A stretch of DNA of 64,000 nucleotides from Cycas panzhihuaensis (Eukaryota; Plantae; Cycadophyta): positions 229,593,741-229,657,740 of the forward strand of contig CM041465.1 of assembly GCA_023213395.1 (NCBI GenBank), given 5' to 3'. Position 1 is the stretch's first letter. Each line of letters begins with the position of its first letter. Shown one piece after another: positions 14,301 through 25,949 of the stretch. The notes under the pieces are model-generated. The model made no database searches. It saw only the letters and a list, made by a program, of their open reading frames with translations, and was not told the origin of the DNA. The translations under genes and the position numbers were made by a program.

Positions 14301-15540
14301 GCCTTAGCAGTTCAATGTGAATGGCCAGATTTTTAAATGGACGTGAAGAGCACCTTTCTCAATGGCGATCTTCAAGAGGAGGTATACTTGGAGCAACCTC
14401 CTGGTTACAAAGTACAAGGCAAGAAGCACTTAGTTTGTCACCTAAAAAAGGCATTATATGGTTTGAAACAAGCTCCAAGAGCATGGTATTCAAAGATTGA
14501 TGATTATTTTTTAAGACATGGGTATCATCGATCTACTTCAGATCCTAACTTGTACATCAAAGTTGGGAAAGAACATGTTATTTTCATTGTCTTGTATATT
14601 GATGACTTAGTGATCACTGGCAATGACACTAAGATGGTACAGATTCTCCAGGATGACTTGAAGAGGAGTTTCGAGATGACAGATCTTGGACTTCTCCATT
14701 ATTTCTTAGGTTTTGAGGTATGGCAACAGCCAAGCTATATCTTCATCTCCCAAGCTAAATATTCTTGGGACATTTTGCAGTGGTTCAGGATGCATGACTG
14801 CAAACCAATGCCTACACCCATGGAGAATGGCACAGAGCTTACTCTCATTGAGGAAGTTGAACTAGTAGATCCCACTCTTTATCAGTAATTGATTGAAATC
14901 CTCATCTATTTCACCAACACTCGCCCTGATATCTCATTTGTAGTTGGGATCTGCTCCAGATACATGTCTCAACCCAATCAGAAGCATTGGAATGCAGCCA
15001 AACACATACTCAAATACATCAAAGGCATATTACACCATGGCCTTGAGTATGCACATGATGAGAACTTCACTCTGGAAGGGTTCTCAGATTCTAATTGGGC
15101 AGGTTGCCAGGATAGCAGGAGATCAACCTTGGGTTACTATTTTACCCTTGGTTCAACAGTTGTTTTGTGGAGTTGCAAGAAGAAACGCAATGTCACCTTG
15201 TCCTCCACCGAAGCAGAGTATAAATCTACAGTCAGCGCAGCATGTGAAGCTATCTAGCTACGACGGATTCTTCGGGAACTTGGACTTGAGCAGAATCACC
15301 CCACCAGGATATATTGTGACAATCAAAGTATCCTCAAGTTTGCCAAGAATCATGTTTTTCATGCAAGGACCAAACACATTGAGGTTCATCATCACTTCAT
15401 CAGAGAACATGTGCAGAGTGGTGAGATCAAACTTTAGTATAGACCTACAGAGCAGCAAATATCTTTACCAAGCCACTTGGTAGAGAAAAATTTGTAAAAT
15501 TTAGAGATGGTCTAGGGGTCTGACTTAACATTGTAAACAG
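11372..15540 (+). pseudogene. gag-pol: Copia gag-pol of D (many stops and frameshifts)
   Basis: KLTGQDNYQEWK, CHYCGKVGHIAPDC knuckle, WIIDSGATQHM protease, LIHSDLCGP integrase, LYIDDL RT, FSDSNWAG RNase H. Confidence 0.95.
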
Positions 15541-15550
15541 TAAGGGGGGG

Positions 15551-16099
15551 TGTTAAACCTTATGTTTACATGTTAAGCCCATGTGTTTTATTTTTCATGT
15601 ATTATTTGTACTTTTGTATTTTATGGGGTGACTTATCACTTAAGTGATAAAGTGCACACCCACATTCTTTCCTAGTGACACAACATTGTCACTAAAGGGT
15701 CAAATAGACCCCCATGCACTTTTTCTCACTTGAGAGCCCAAAAGGACACATGTCCTACATGCAAGGCATGTACCTTGGATGTTTGACACTTGTCAAACAT
15801 CCAATGCCTTAGGTCTTTTCTTTCACTCTATATATTGAGACCTTTTCTCATGGTTCTCATATAGAGTTGGAGTTGTATTATTATGCTGCCAGGTTGCTAA
15901 TCAAACTACTATTCATTTGGAGGTTGGACCAATTCCAACTTCTCACATTTGGTATCATTTTGCTCTCACTCTTTATGCTTTGATCTTGCTTATGTTGATC
16001 TCATAATTTCATTGTTAGTCTAGATTATTTGCTTTCTAGAACTAGAGTGAATCTATCTCCCAGATCTTGGATTTCAAAGGCCTTTTGGCCATTTCAACA
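15551..16099 (+). repeat. 3' LTR of D
   Basis: TGTTAAACC...TTTCAACA after the PPT. Confidence 0.95.
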
Positions 16100-16105
16100 A
16101 CAGAT

Positions 16106-18702
16106 ATCCTTCCAGACGCTTGTTTACCACCTCAGTTTGGCCATTCGTTTATGGGTGATAAACAGTACTCATATGTAATTTTGTTCCTGTCAACTTGAAT
16201 AAATCCTACCAAAAATGGTTGGTAAATTTTGGGTCTTTATCGCTAACTATGATCTTTGGAAACCTGTGCAATCAATGTATTTCTTTTATGTATACTTCTG
16301 CAATCTGACCCCCCTTCACCATAGTTTGCATCCTCCTATAGTGCACATATTTTGTATGTTTGTCCACTACTACAAAAATAGCATCCTTTCCTTCTAATCG
16401 TGGGACCCCTGTAATGAAATCCATAGAAATTTCTTGGTTGTAACAGTCCCAAGCTTTTCACACATTCGCCTTTGTTACATTGACAAATGTCACATTCTGA
16501 TACCCTTTTTAGGATATCTGCGTTCAACCCCTTCCAATAGAAAGAATTCCTTATTTTTTGGTATGGTTTATCAATTCTTGTGTGTCCTCTTGTAGGCACT
16601 GAATGAACCTCATCTACTAAGACCTTCTTTACATTGCACTTTGTTGGGACAAATATCTTTCCTTTCTGTAGAATTGAATCTCCATGCAGATCAAACTTCA
16701 ACATCTTTCAGATATGTATCTCTTCTAACACTTTCTGTGAGAATGCATTGGCCTTGTATTCTGTAATCAATTATCGAGTCCAATTAGGGGTTGCTACTAT
16801 TACTGCCTTGAGAGATATTTCTCCATTGTTCTCCTCTGGTAGCCTTGACAGGGTGTCTGTTATGATATTCTCTTTTCCCTTTTTGTATTCGATACTGAAA
16901 TCAAATTTTTGCAGCTTACTCACCCATTTTTGTTGTTCATCCGATAATGTTTTCTTATTCAAGAAGTATTTTAGGCTATTGTGATTTGTTCAAACTATGA
17001 ATTTGTTTCTGAGCGCCTCCACTACTAAATCGCATGCATAATTGCCAACATCTCTTTGTCATATATTGGTTTTGACTTCTCTCTATTGTTCAGCTTCCTG
17101 CTTGCATATGCCATCAGCCGACCCTCTTGTATTAGAATGGCTCCAATCCTGAATCTAGAAGCATAGCATTCTAAGAGAAATGGTTGAGAAAAGTCTGGTA
17201 TTGCTAGAACCAATGCCGTAACCATTGCTCTCTTGAGGTATTCGAAGGCTTTCTCTGCTAACAGGTTCCATCCAAATGGATACTTCTTCATAAAATCTAT
17301 TAATGGTGTTGCAATATGGGCATATCCCTTAATAAACCTCCGAAGGAACCTTGTTGCTCCTAAAAAGCTTCTTATCCCCCTCACATTCTTTGGTGTTGGC
17401 CAATTGACGATAACTTGTGTCTTCTTTGGATCTATCTTGATCCCTTCCCTAGTAATGATGTGCCCTAGATATTCCAACTCTTCTTTTGCAAAGGTGCATT
17501 TTCCCATGTTTGCATATAATTGGTGTTTTTCAAAGATCACCAAAACTTCCCTAATATGGTCTAGGTATTCTTCCCAAGTTTTGTTATATATCAAGATATC
17601 ATCAAAAAAGACTAGTACAAATTTCCGTAATAGCGGTTTGAGTATTGCATTCATGGCAATTTGGAATGTAGTTGGGGCATTCGTCAATCCAAACAACATA
17701 ACTTTGAACTCAAACAACCCCTTATGGGTGCAGAAAGTTGTTTTGTAAACGTCCTCTTCTTTGACACGGATTTGATAGTACCTAGATCTAAGATCGATCT
17801 TCGTGAAGTATCTTGCTTCGTGAATCTAGTCAAGCAAATCGTCTATCCTAGGGATGGGATAATGATTCTTTACTGTCAATTTGTTTAATCCTCGATAGTC
17901 TACACACATTCTGTAGGATCCATCCTTTTTAGGGTTCACCATCACTGGTGACGCAAAAAGGCTTGTATTATTCACTATTTGTTCCTGCACTAGGAGTTCC
18001 CTTGTGATATTTTCAATCTCTTTTCTCAAGTGATACGGGTGTCTATATGGCCATATGTTTATTGGTGCTACTCATGGTACCAGCTCAATAGCGTGCTAAT
18101 GTTCACATTGGGGAGGAAGCCCTTGAGGTTCCTTAAATACCGAGAAGTGCTCATTTAAGATTTCTTGTACTTCGGGTGGCCCATCTTCTATTGATATTTT
18201 ATAGCATGTTAATATGTATGTTGAGGAGTTTTTCTCCAATATTTTCTCCATTTGGTGCGAAGATACCAACTATACACGTGGTGTAGTGGGTGCTTGAAGC
18301 TTGTACTTTCATCCTTTTTGTTAGAAGCACATGAATCACATCATATCGGTTGTCACTATATTCCCCAATGTTTGCAACCACTAAATGCCTAAGATTGCAT
18401 CCACGTCTCTAATCGGCATCACACACATGCATGTGGTTACTGAATAATCCCTAATTTGTAAATTTATGGACTTGTAATACCCTCCACATGGGGTTATTTT
18501 TTCATTTGCAATGGACACTTGGAATGTATTTAATGGTTGGATTGCTAATCCCAACTTTTTTGATGTGGCTCGATTGATAAAGTTATGGTTACTACCACTA
18601 TCTACTAGAATTGCCACTGGAGCTCCTTTAATCATCCCTTCCAACTTGAGGGTTTGAGGAGTGACTTGTTGCCCTGTAATGGCTTGTAAGGAAATTTACA
18701 CG
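16106..18702 (-). pseudogene. pol: B pol: protease, RT, RNase H, integrase
   Basis: [55 protein letters not shown]...CDIC. Confidence 0.93.
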
Positions 18703-19660
18703 TGTGTGTCGACTAATCTACCCTTGACAATTCATGGAAAGTTACAACAGAATAGATAGCATAGAATCACATTAAGCATGAAAACCAATCTTCAGTATGA
18801 GATGGCCTTGTGTCTAGTCCTCTCACAACTAGACGCAAGCCGAAGCAGGGTACAGCAAAAGAGCCACAATATAGATGGCTAGAAAAGAGAAACAACGACA
18901 CATGCACACACAATACATTTTCTAGAATATGCCCAATTTATTTAACCTTTTCAATTACATTCAATATATACAGTTATAACCATAACAATTTAGCCTTAAA
19001 CGACTAATTTGTACCATTGGATTACAATCCAATTGGATCTAATCAAAACTTATTACACCAATCATTGAAGTTGGTCGCACTTATAATCGTTCCTGGTCGC
19101 ACTTGTAGTCGCATTTGGTCGTACCTGAAAGACTAATGGAGAAGATACAAGCACCAGAATATCTTGAGGAACTAGATAGGGCATCGAAATATGAAGGACT
19201 AAACACTTTAAATTAATGAAAAGATGTAGTACAACACATAAAGATAATAGGAGGAGTATTGAACTTCAACTCAACCTATCATGAACATAAGTATGAAGGA
19301 GAATTCATCTCAACACTACACCTACAAGAGATACTTATAGCAGCATAACTCTAACTCCAATACTACATGCCAAAACATGAAAATAGGACTCCTTATAAAG
19401 GAGTTTGGATGATCAGGATCTTACCACATGTCACTGATCAACACTAAAAGACAAATCTGATTATGACTCTTCTTTCCTCAAGGATAAGGATAGAGCCCTC
19501 CAAAGTTGACTTCTCATAAGCACATGTGAGAAAAGCCACAACAAGACAAAAGATAATTTTATAATCAAACAAATGAACACTTTAGGATAAAGGCCTAAAG
19601 TGACAAAAATACTAATACCCTTGGTCAAGACTTAATGCTTAGGAAATGAAGGTTTTAACA

Positions 19661-22600
19661 CCCCACCTGAATGGATACAACATTAAGTCGAATGTTGAGG
19701 CCGTTTCTGAAATGCTCGAACTTCTCTTTCCCAAGTGGCTTGGTGAAGATGTCGGCTAACTGTTGATCAGTAGGCGACGAGGTCGATTTCACCTTGCTGC
19801 ACATGTTCTCTGATAAAATGGTGATGGACCTCAATATGCTTGGTACGTGCATGAAACACCAGATTCTTGGCAATCTTGATAACACTCTGATTGTCACAAT
19901 ACAATGGTGTCGAAAGTGTTTGCTCAAGTCCAAGTTCTTCAAGAATCCGTTTGAGCCAAATAACCTTACATGCTTTGTATTCTGCTTCAATGGAGAAAAG
20001 CATAACATTTGGTTGAATTTTGCAACTCCATAAAACAATAGTAGACCCAAGGTTGAAACAATAACCTGAAGTGGATTTCTAGCTATCTTGGAATTCAGCC
20101 TAATCTGAATCTGAGAACCCTTCCAGTGTGAAGTTCTCATTATGTGTGTACTGGAGACCATACTACAAAGTACCTTTGAGGTATCTGAGGATGCGTTTTG
20201 CAGTATTCTAGTGTCGTTGATTGGGGTTGATCATGTATCTGGAACATATTCCAACCACATAAGAAATGTCAAGTCTAGTGTTAGTCAAGTAGATAAGACT
20301 ACCCACTAGTTGCCTAAAAAGGGTGGAATAAACAGGTTTCCCTTCTTCATTCATCGACAATTTAGCACCTGTCTCCATGGGTGTTGGTGAAGGTTTACAG
20401 TCTTCCATTGTGAATCGTTGTAAAATATTCCACGTATATTTGGCTTGAGAAATGAAAATGTGACCTGGTTGGTGCCACACTTCCATGCCAAGAAAATAGT
20501 GAAGAAGTCTAAGATCTGTCATCTCAAAACTTCTTTTCAAATCCCTTTAGAGACGCTCAATCAGATCTACATCATTGCATGTGATAATCAAATCATCAAC
20601 ATAAAGAACAAGTGTGATGTGCTGGTTTTGAACCTTGATATGTAGGTTCAAATCAGATGTGGATCGATAAAAGTTGTGCTTAAGAAAGTAGTCATCAATC
20701 TTTGAATACCATGCACATGGCGCCTGTTTTAGACCATACAAGGCCTTTTTAAGGCGACAGACAAGATGTTCATTGCCGACAGAAATATATCCAGGAGGTT
20801 GTTCCAGGTAGACCTCCTCAGTCAAATCGTCGTTGAGAAAGGCGCTTTTGACATCCATCTGATACAATGGCCACTTGCATTGTGTAGCTAAGGCCATAAC
20901 AATTATGATGGTATTCATATTGGCCACTGGTGCAAATGTCTCAGTGTAGTCGATGCCTTCTTGCTATTTGAAACCTTTGGCAACAAGGCGAGCCTTATGT
21001 CACTCAATAGTACCATCAGACTTATACTTTATTTTGTAGATCCACTTACAACTAATGGCTTGGTTGCCAGGTGGTAACTCAACCAAGTTCCATGTGTCAT
21101 TTTGATAGATGGAGTGGATCTCTTCATCCATGGCAGCCTGCCACTTTTCGTTAATACATGCCTCCTCAAAAGTGGAAGACCTCAGAAGGAGTAAGCACTT
21201 CAGCCATAAGTGCGTAATTAACAGTGGGTGATGGCCGCATTTTGGATGGACGTTTGCCTTTAACAATTTGTGAATCTGTAATAGTTTGCATGTACCATTT
21301 TGGCAGCTTCTTTGTCGATGTGGCTTCATGGTCCTATGATGGAGGTGATTGTTGATCCTCAAAAGAAGAAGAAGAAGAAGAAGGACACAATGAAGGAACT
21401 GAGGAAGATGAGGAGGAAGAAGAAGCAGTAGGTGCAGATGAAGAACAAGGAGTTGAGGAAGCTGAAGGGACAAATTTTTCAATAATGGCTTTGCCTTTAT
21501 CAAGGGAGAGAGGAAGAGTGCTGATGTTGATCTCCCGATTGTCCTCTACAAAGACGACGTCTCTTGAAGTATGCATCTTTTTAGTAATGGGATCAAACAA
21601 TCGATATGCTTTACTGCCAAGAGCATATCCAACAAAGATGCATTTGAGACTTTTGTTGTCAAATTTCTGTCTTTGCTCGTGAGGAATGTTCATGTAGGTC
21701 ATGCATCCAAAAGTTCGTAAGTGGCTAACTGTTGGTTTCTGGCCAGTCCAGGCCTCCTCGGGTGTCATGCCCGAAAGTGCAGAAGTTGAGCTACAGTTTG
21801 AAAGATATGCAGCAGTAAGAAGTGCTTCTGCCCAATATGCTAATGAGAGACCTTTGTCATGCATCATATCTTTTGCCCTATTGACCAAGGTTATGTTCAT
21901 CCTTTCTGCCACACCATTTTGCTTCGGTGTGTATGGAACAGAAAATTGGCATTTGATGCCATTTTGAATACAGAATTGATTGAAGTCCTTGGACATATAC
22001 TCACCACCATTATCTGATCTAAGTATTTTGATGCGCATGCCTGATTCATTTTCGACCACAAGTTTAAATTCCTTAAACTAGTTCAAAGCTTTTGACTTAT
22101 GCTTAAGAAAGTAGATCCACACTTTATGTGAGAAATCATCAATGAATGTCATGAAGAATGATGATCCTCCATGAGATTGAGTGGTCATGGGACCACAAAT
22201 GTCAGAATGTACAAGCTATAACGGATATTGTGCTCTCCAAGCCTTACCTTTCTCAAAAGGTTCGCAATGCTGCTTCCCCAAAAGGCATGATTCACAAAGG
22301 TAATTACCCCCCAGAGATTTTGGGTAAGCCATAAACCATGTTTTGTTTGAACATCTGCCTAATACTGTCAAGATTAAGATGTCCAAGTTGTTCATGCCAG
22401 AGTTGAGTCTTGTTTACAGAATGGGAGACATAAGCATGAGATGATCCAGATGTCGTATCTAATTTGTAGAGGCCATGATCTTCATGACCAATTGCAACTA
22501 TCTGGTCGTCTTTGTTCCTGATTACACACTTTTTGTCTTTAATCAACACACTCATCTGTTGCTTATCAAGCTGACTAACAGAGAGTAAATTTTTTGGCAT

Positions 22601-23054
22601 TCCAAGAACTAAGAAAACATTCCCACTAGGAAATGTAGAATGCTGATCATGAGGTGTGATTTGATCTACACCTGATATTTCTACAGTGGCATTGTCCCCA
22701 ATTGTCACTGTTTTTCCCTTACATTCTTGAAAATTTGATAATATGTTTGCATCACTTGTCATGTGGCATGATGCACCAGAGTGAATGATCCAAGTGTTAT
22801 CATTATGACTACCACTTTATGCAAAAAAGGTCATGTCACTTGGATCATGTTGAGTTGTGTGGCCTTGAAGCCACCACGATTTGTCCTTCTCAAAATGCAC
22901 TTTGAGTTGGTCCTTGTTGCTACTAACGTTGTTACTGCTACTGACATTGATCTTGTTGTCATTGAATTTGTTGTTGTTGTGGTTGTTGCAAGTCATGTTG
23001 ACATTTTCTGCACTCAGGCTGAATGTGGCCAACTTTGCCACAATAATGATAGAT
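19661..23054 (-). pseudogene. pol: G pol plus gag zinc knuckle (rest of gag missing)
   Basis: HYCGKVGHIQPEC, LRSDNGGEY, LYVDDL, PLYCDNQS, QLADIFTK. Confidence 0.93.
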
Positions 23055-23457
23055 GACAGTCTTTGAAAAGAAGCCGAGGAGTTTTCTCTGAAGATAGAAG
23101 GATTTGCAGGCACTTCAATTGATTTGACGAGTAACAAATATGCAGTCTGCCTTATGCAGAGTGCTATAGAGGCCATCAATTTGGAATGTGGGTTGGTCAG
23201 CTTGGTGATGGTTGAGCTATAACACTTGGAGAAATCATAAATAGGAAAGGTGAGAGATGGGAGCTTCAACTAAAAAATGTCGGTAAAACTCCATACAGTC
23301 ATTTTGCCGATGGCCATGCAGTTATTCGTAGCAGCATTCGAGAACTCTTTTGTAGCAAAGTAATGGAATGCCTTGGCATTCTAGTAATTCGTGCTCTTTG
23401 CTTTGTGACCACTGGCAAAGGCGTCGTACAAGATATGATTTATGACAATAATCCAAA
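23055..23457 (+). pseudogene. SELENOO: Captured fragment of host selenoprotein O / protein adenylyltransferase (SelO, YdiU/UPF0061 family), permuted order, antisense to G
   Basis: 23147-23457 reads [102 protein letters not shown] (SelO signature GHQFG..GQLGDGRA, ELQLKG.G.TPYSR, RSS.RE); 23055-23145 reads DSL*KEAEEFSLKIEGFAGTSIDLTSNKYA. Confidence 0.93.
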
Positions 23458-24189
23458 CTCTAACTCCAATACTACATGCCAAAACATGAAAATAGGACTC
23501 CTTATAAAGGAGTTTAGATGATCAGGATCTTACCACATGTCACTGATCAACACTAAAAGACAAATCTGATTAGGACTCTTCTTTCCTCAAGGATAAGGAT
23601 AGAGCCCTCCAAAGTTGGCTTTTCACAAGCACATGTGAGAAAAGCCACTACAAGATAAAAGACAATTTTATAATCAAACAAATGAACACTTTAGGATAGA
23701 GGCCTAAAGTAACGAAAATACTAATACCCTTGGTCAAGACTTAATGCTTAGGAAATGAAGGTTCTAACAATACCTGGTCGCGCCTGCGGTCCACTTAGTC
23801 GCACCCAGTCACACCTACAGTCGCATCTGGTCGCACATGGTTGCACCCACAATCCATCTGGTCACACTCGTTGCACCAGCAATCGCATCTAGTCATACCT
23901 GGTTGCACCTATAGTCATGTTTGGTCGCACCCAGTTGCACCAACAAACCTATTACTACAAAATTCTAAATTATTTAATGTGCCTATTTTCTCTGCACACA
24001 TCTCTCTCGCGGCTTGTTTAATGAATGACCTCACTCGTTCCAAAATTTTCAAAATTTTTCCTCCATCTTTCTACCTTCCCTCCAAAATCTTTGAAATTTT
24101 TAGTCTGCTCATCCTTGTCGCGACTTCCTTTGTGCTTCTTTTATTTTTATCTTTTCATGTCTAATATATTCTAAATCCAGTCAAGCAAT

Positions 24190-25794
24190 TTGTGGTGGCA
24201 GACTTAAACCTTTCTGTTTTAAGTATTCACATAAGAGTGCTATATCCCGAAGAGCCTCCAACTGTGGCAATGTTGGCATTTCCCCGGTCTGTAATTGTTC
24301 TATCTCTTGTGCTAATTCCTTGTTCATCATTTGAGTACTTTCTAATTCTGGCTAGTATGCTCATACTTGCTTCCATAATTCCATGCAGCGTTGGGTTTCT
24401 TCATCATTTTTAAGGATCCAGGCACCGAGGTGGTGAAACACAAGCTGGAGACCTTTTGAAATATATTGATTAAAATTTTCTTTGAATCTTTCTAACTGCG
24501 GCGTAACCTCATCTATATCGTCCACCCATTGAAGTATAAATGTCTTCAAAGCGTCTAGTTTTGTTTCTGTCTCTTGTAACTTCTGTTCCAACTAGATTAT
24601 TTGATCTATATTCAGAGGTGGTCACCTAATTCAATGCTCTAGCTCTGTGACTAATTGTCTCGTCACCTGTGCTAAAAATGAAGTTTTCCAGTTTGATACA
24701 TTCAGTGGATAACATTCCATAGGATTTAATTCTTCTTCCAAAATTCATTTATCTATCGAATACTCAACCTCTCATGGATAATTATTTAATTGCTCAATAA
24801 TTTCTTGTCACTACTTCTCCTAAGCTCTTTTTATCCATTATTGTCTTTCATAACCATTTTCAACAAGTTCTTCCTTGCATGGCTCTATAGGTTTTCCTTG
24901 TTCTGGTCCATTCTCTTGTTCATTTACTTTCCTTCTTCCTAATCTAAATTGTTCCTTACTTTCTTCAACTTTGACTTCTTCTTCATGTCTTCCTTTCTCC
25001 TACGAGATCTCTTCTTCTCATAATTCTATTACATTCTTTTCTATCTTTGGACTAATTATTTGGTAGCATATCAAGAGCCTTTTTTCTACCTTTGTTTGTA
25101 CTTTCGCCCATTTTTTATTATTTCCCTTGATGAATGCATCAGTCCAGCAGGCCGGAGATGCTTGATCTTTAGTAGGAGTCGGTAGCTATAATTCTGCACA
25201 CACTGCAAAAAGCAATCCTTGGAGCAAGGTGACATGGCAAAATGTTACGAACTTTGTTGTCTCTCGGATTGTCTCCAAACTTTTGAGAAGACGTTGTGTC
25301 ATAAACTCTGCCATTAAATTAAGCATGGTCCTCAAATTTGATGGCATATATAACTTCTTTTGGGTTAAAATAACTCTGGTAAATATGAAGTGTGCCACCC
25401 ATCTTTTTTTTGGCGACTGAATTCCCGCAATTCTAATTGTTGAGCTTATAATATCCTTTTCATCTGCTCCTATTTGTTTTATCGCCTTTTCCCTTGGCAT
25501 TTGCTTATCCTGAGTTATCTGTTCTCTTGTATTGGGTAATCCAGTCAGGGCTGCGATGGCTTCAATAGATATATCAAGAATTTTCGGCTGCTTGGACAGA
25601 ATTGAAGTTATAGTAAACAAAAATTTTGAAGAGAATGGAAATGTTCTAACATAGACGTATTTCCTGAATCCTGCATCCATCATTATTTTTCTTCTTTTAT
25701 CGTCATCTTTCATCTATAGCCACTCAGCTCGAATTCGTAGATCATCATTTTCTCTAACGATAATGTTCTTCTCCATTTTTCTCGTCTTTGCCAT
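24190..25794 (-). pseudogene. Extra 3' ORF of F between integrase and PPT (plant-mobile-domain-like N-part, charged/coiled C-part)
   Basis: ATG at 25794 in frame with ORF 25713-25186 (ISIEAIAALTGLP); E/K-rich and coiled segments continue to about 24190; same strand as pol. Confidence 0.6.
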
Positions 25795-25949
25795 TGTACA
25801 ACCCAGATCGTCTCCACTGATTATAAAGGATCTTCATTGCTTTACACTGTAGATTTCAGTTGCACATTATCATGTCAAAATATGGTATGTGTTGATTGGT
25901 CCTATCAAGAGTCTTCATCACGTTGCTTTTATGATGGTCACACCTTTTG

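Larger units (their letters stand above)
8516..16099 (+). mobile_element. Copia element D, full length, decayed, with a 2.3-kb 5' leader
   Basis: LTRs 8516-9052 and 15551-16099, PBS TGGTATCAAAGC 9055-9066, PPT AAGGGGGGG, probable 6-bp TSD GCAGGT/ACAGAT. Confidence 0.95.
19126..23769 (-). mobile_element. Copia element G (related to D and E), 5'-rearranged, inserted in F's 3' LTR
   Basis: Full 3' LTR 19126-19660, partial 5' LTR about 23456-23769, TSD GTACC/ATACC, knuckle-PR-INT-RT-RH at about 23055-19660. Confidence 0.92.
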
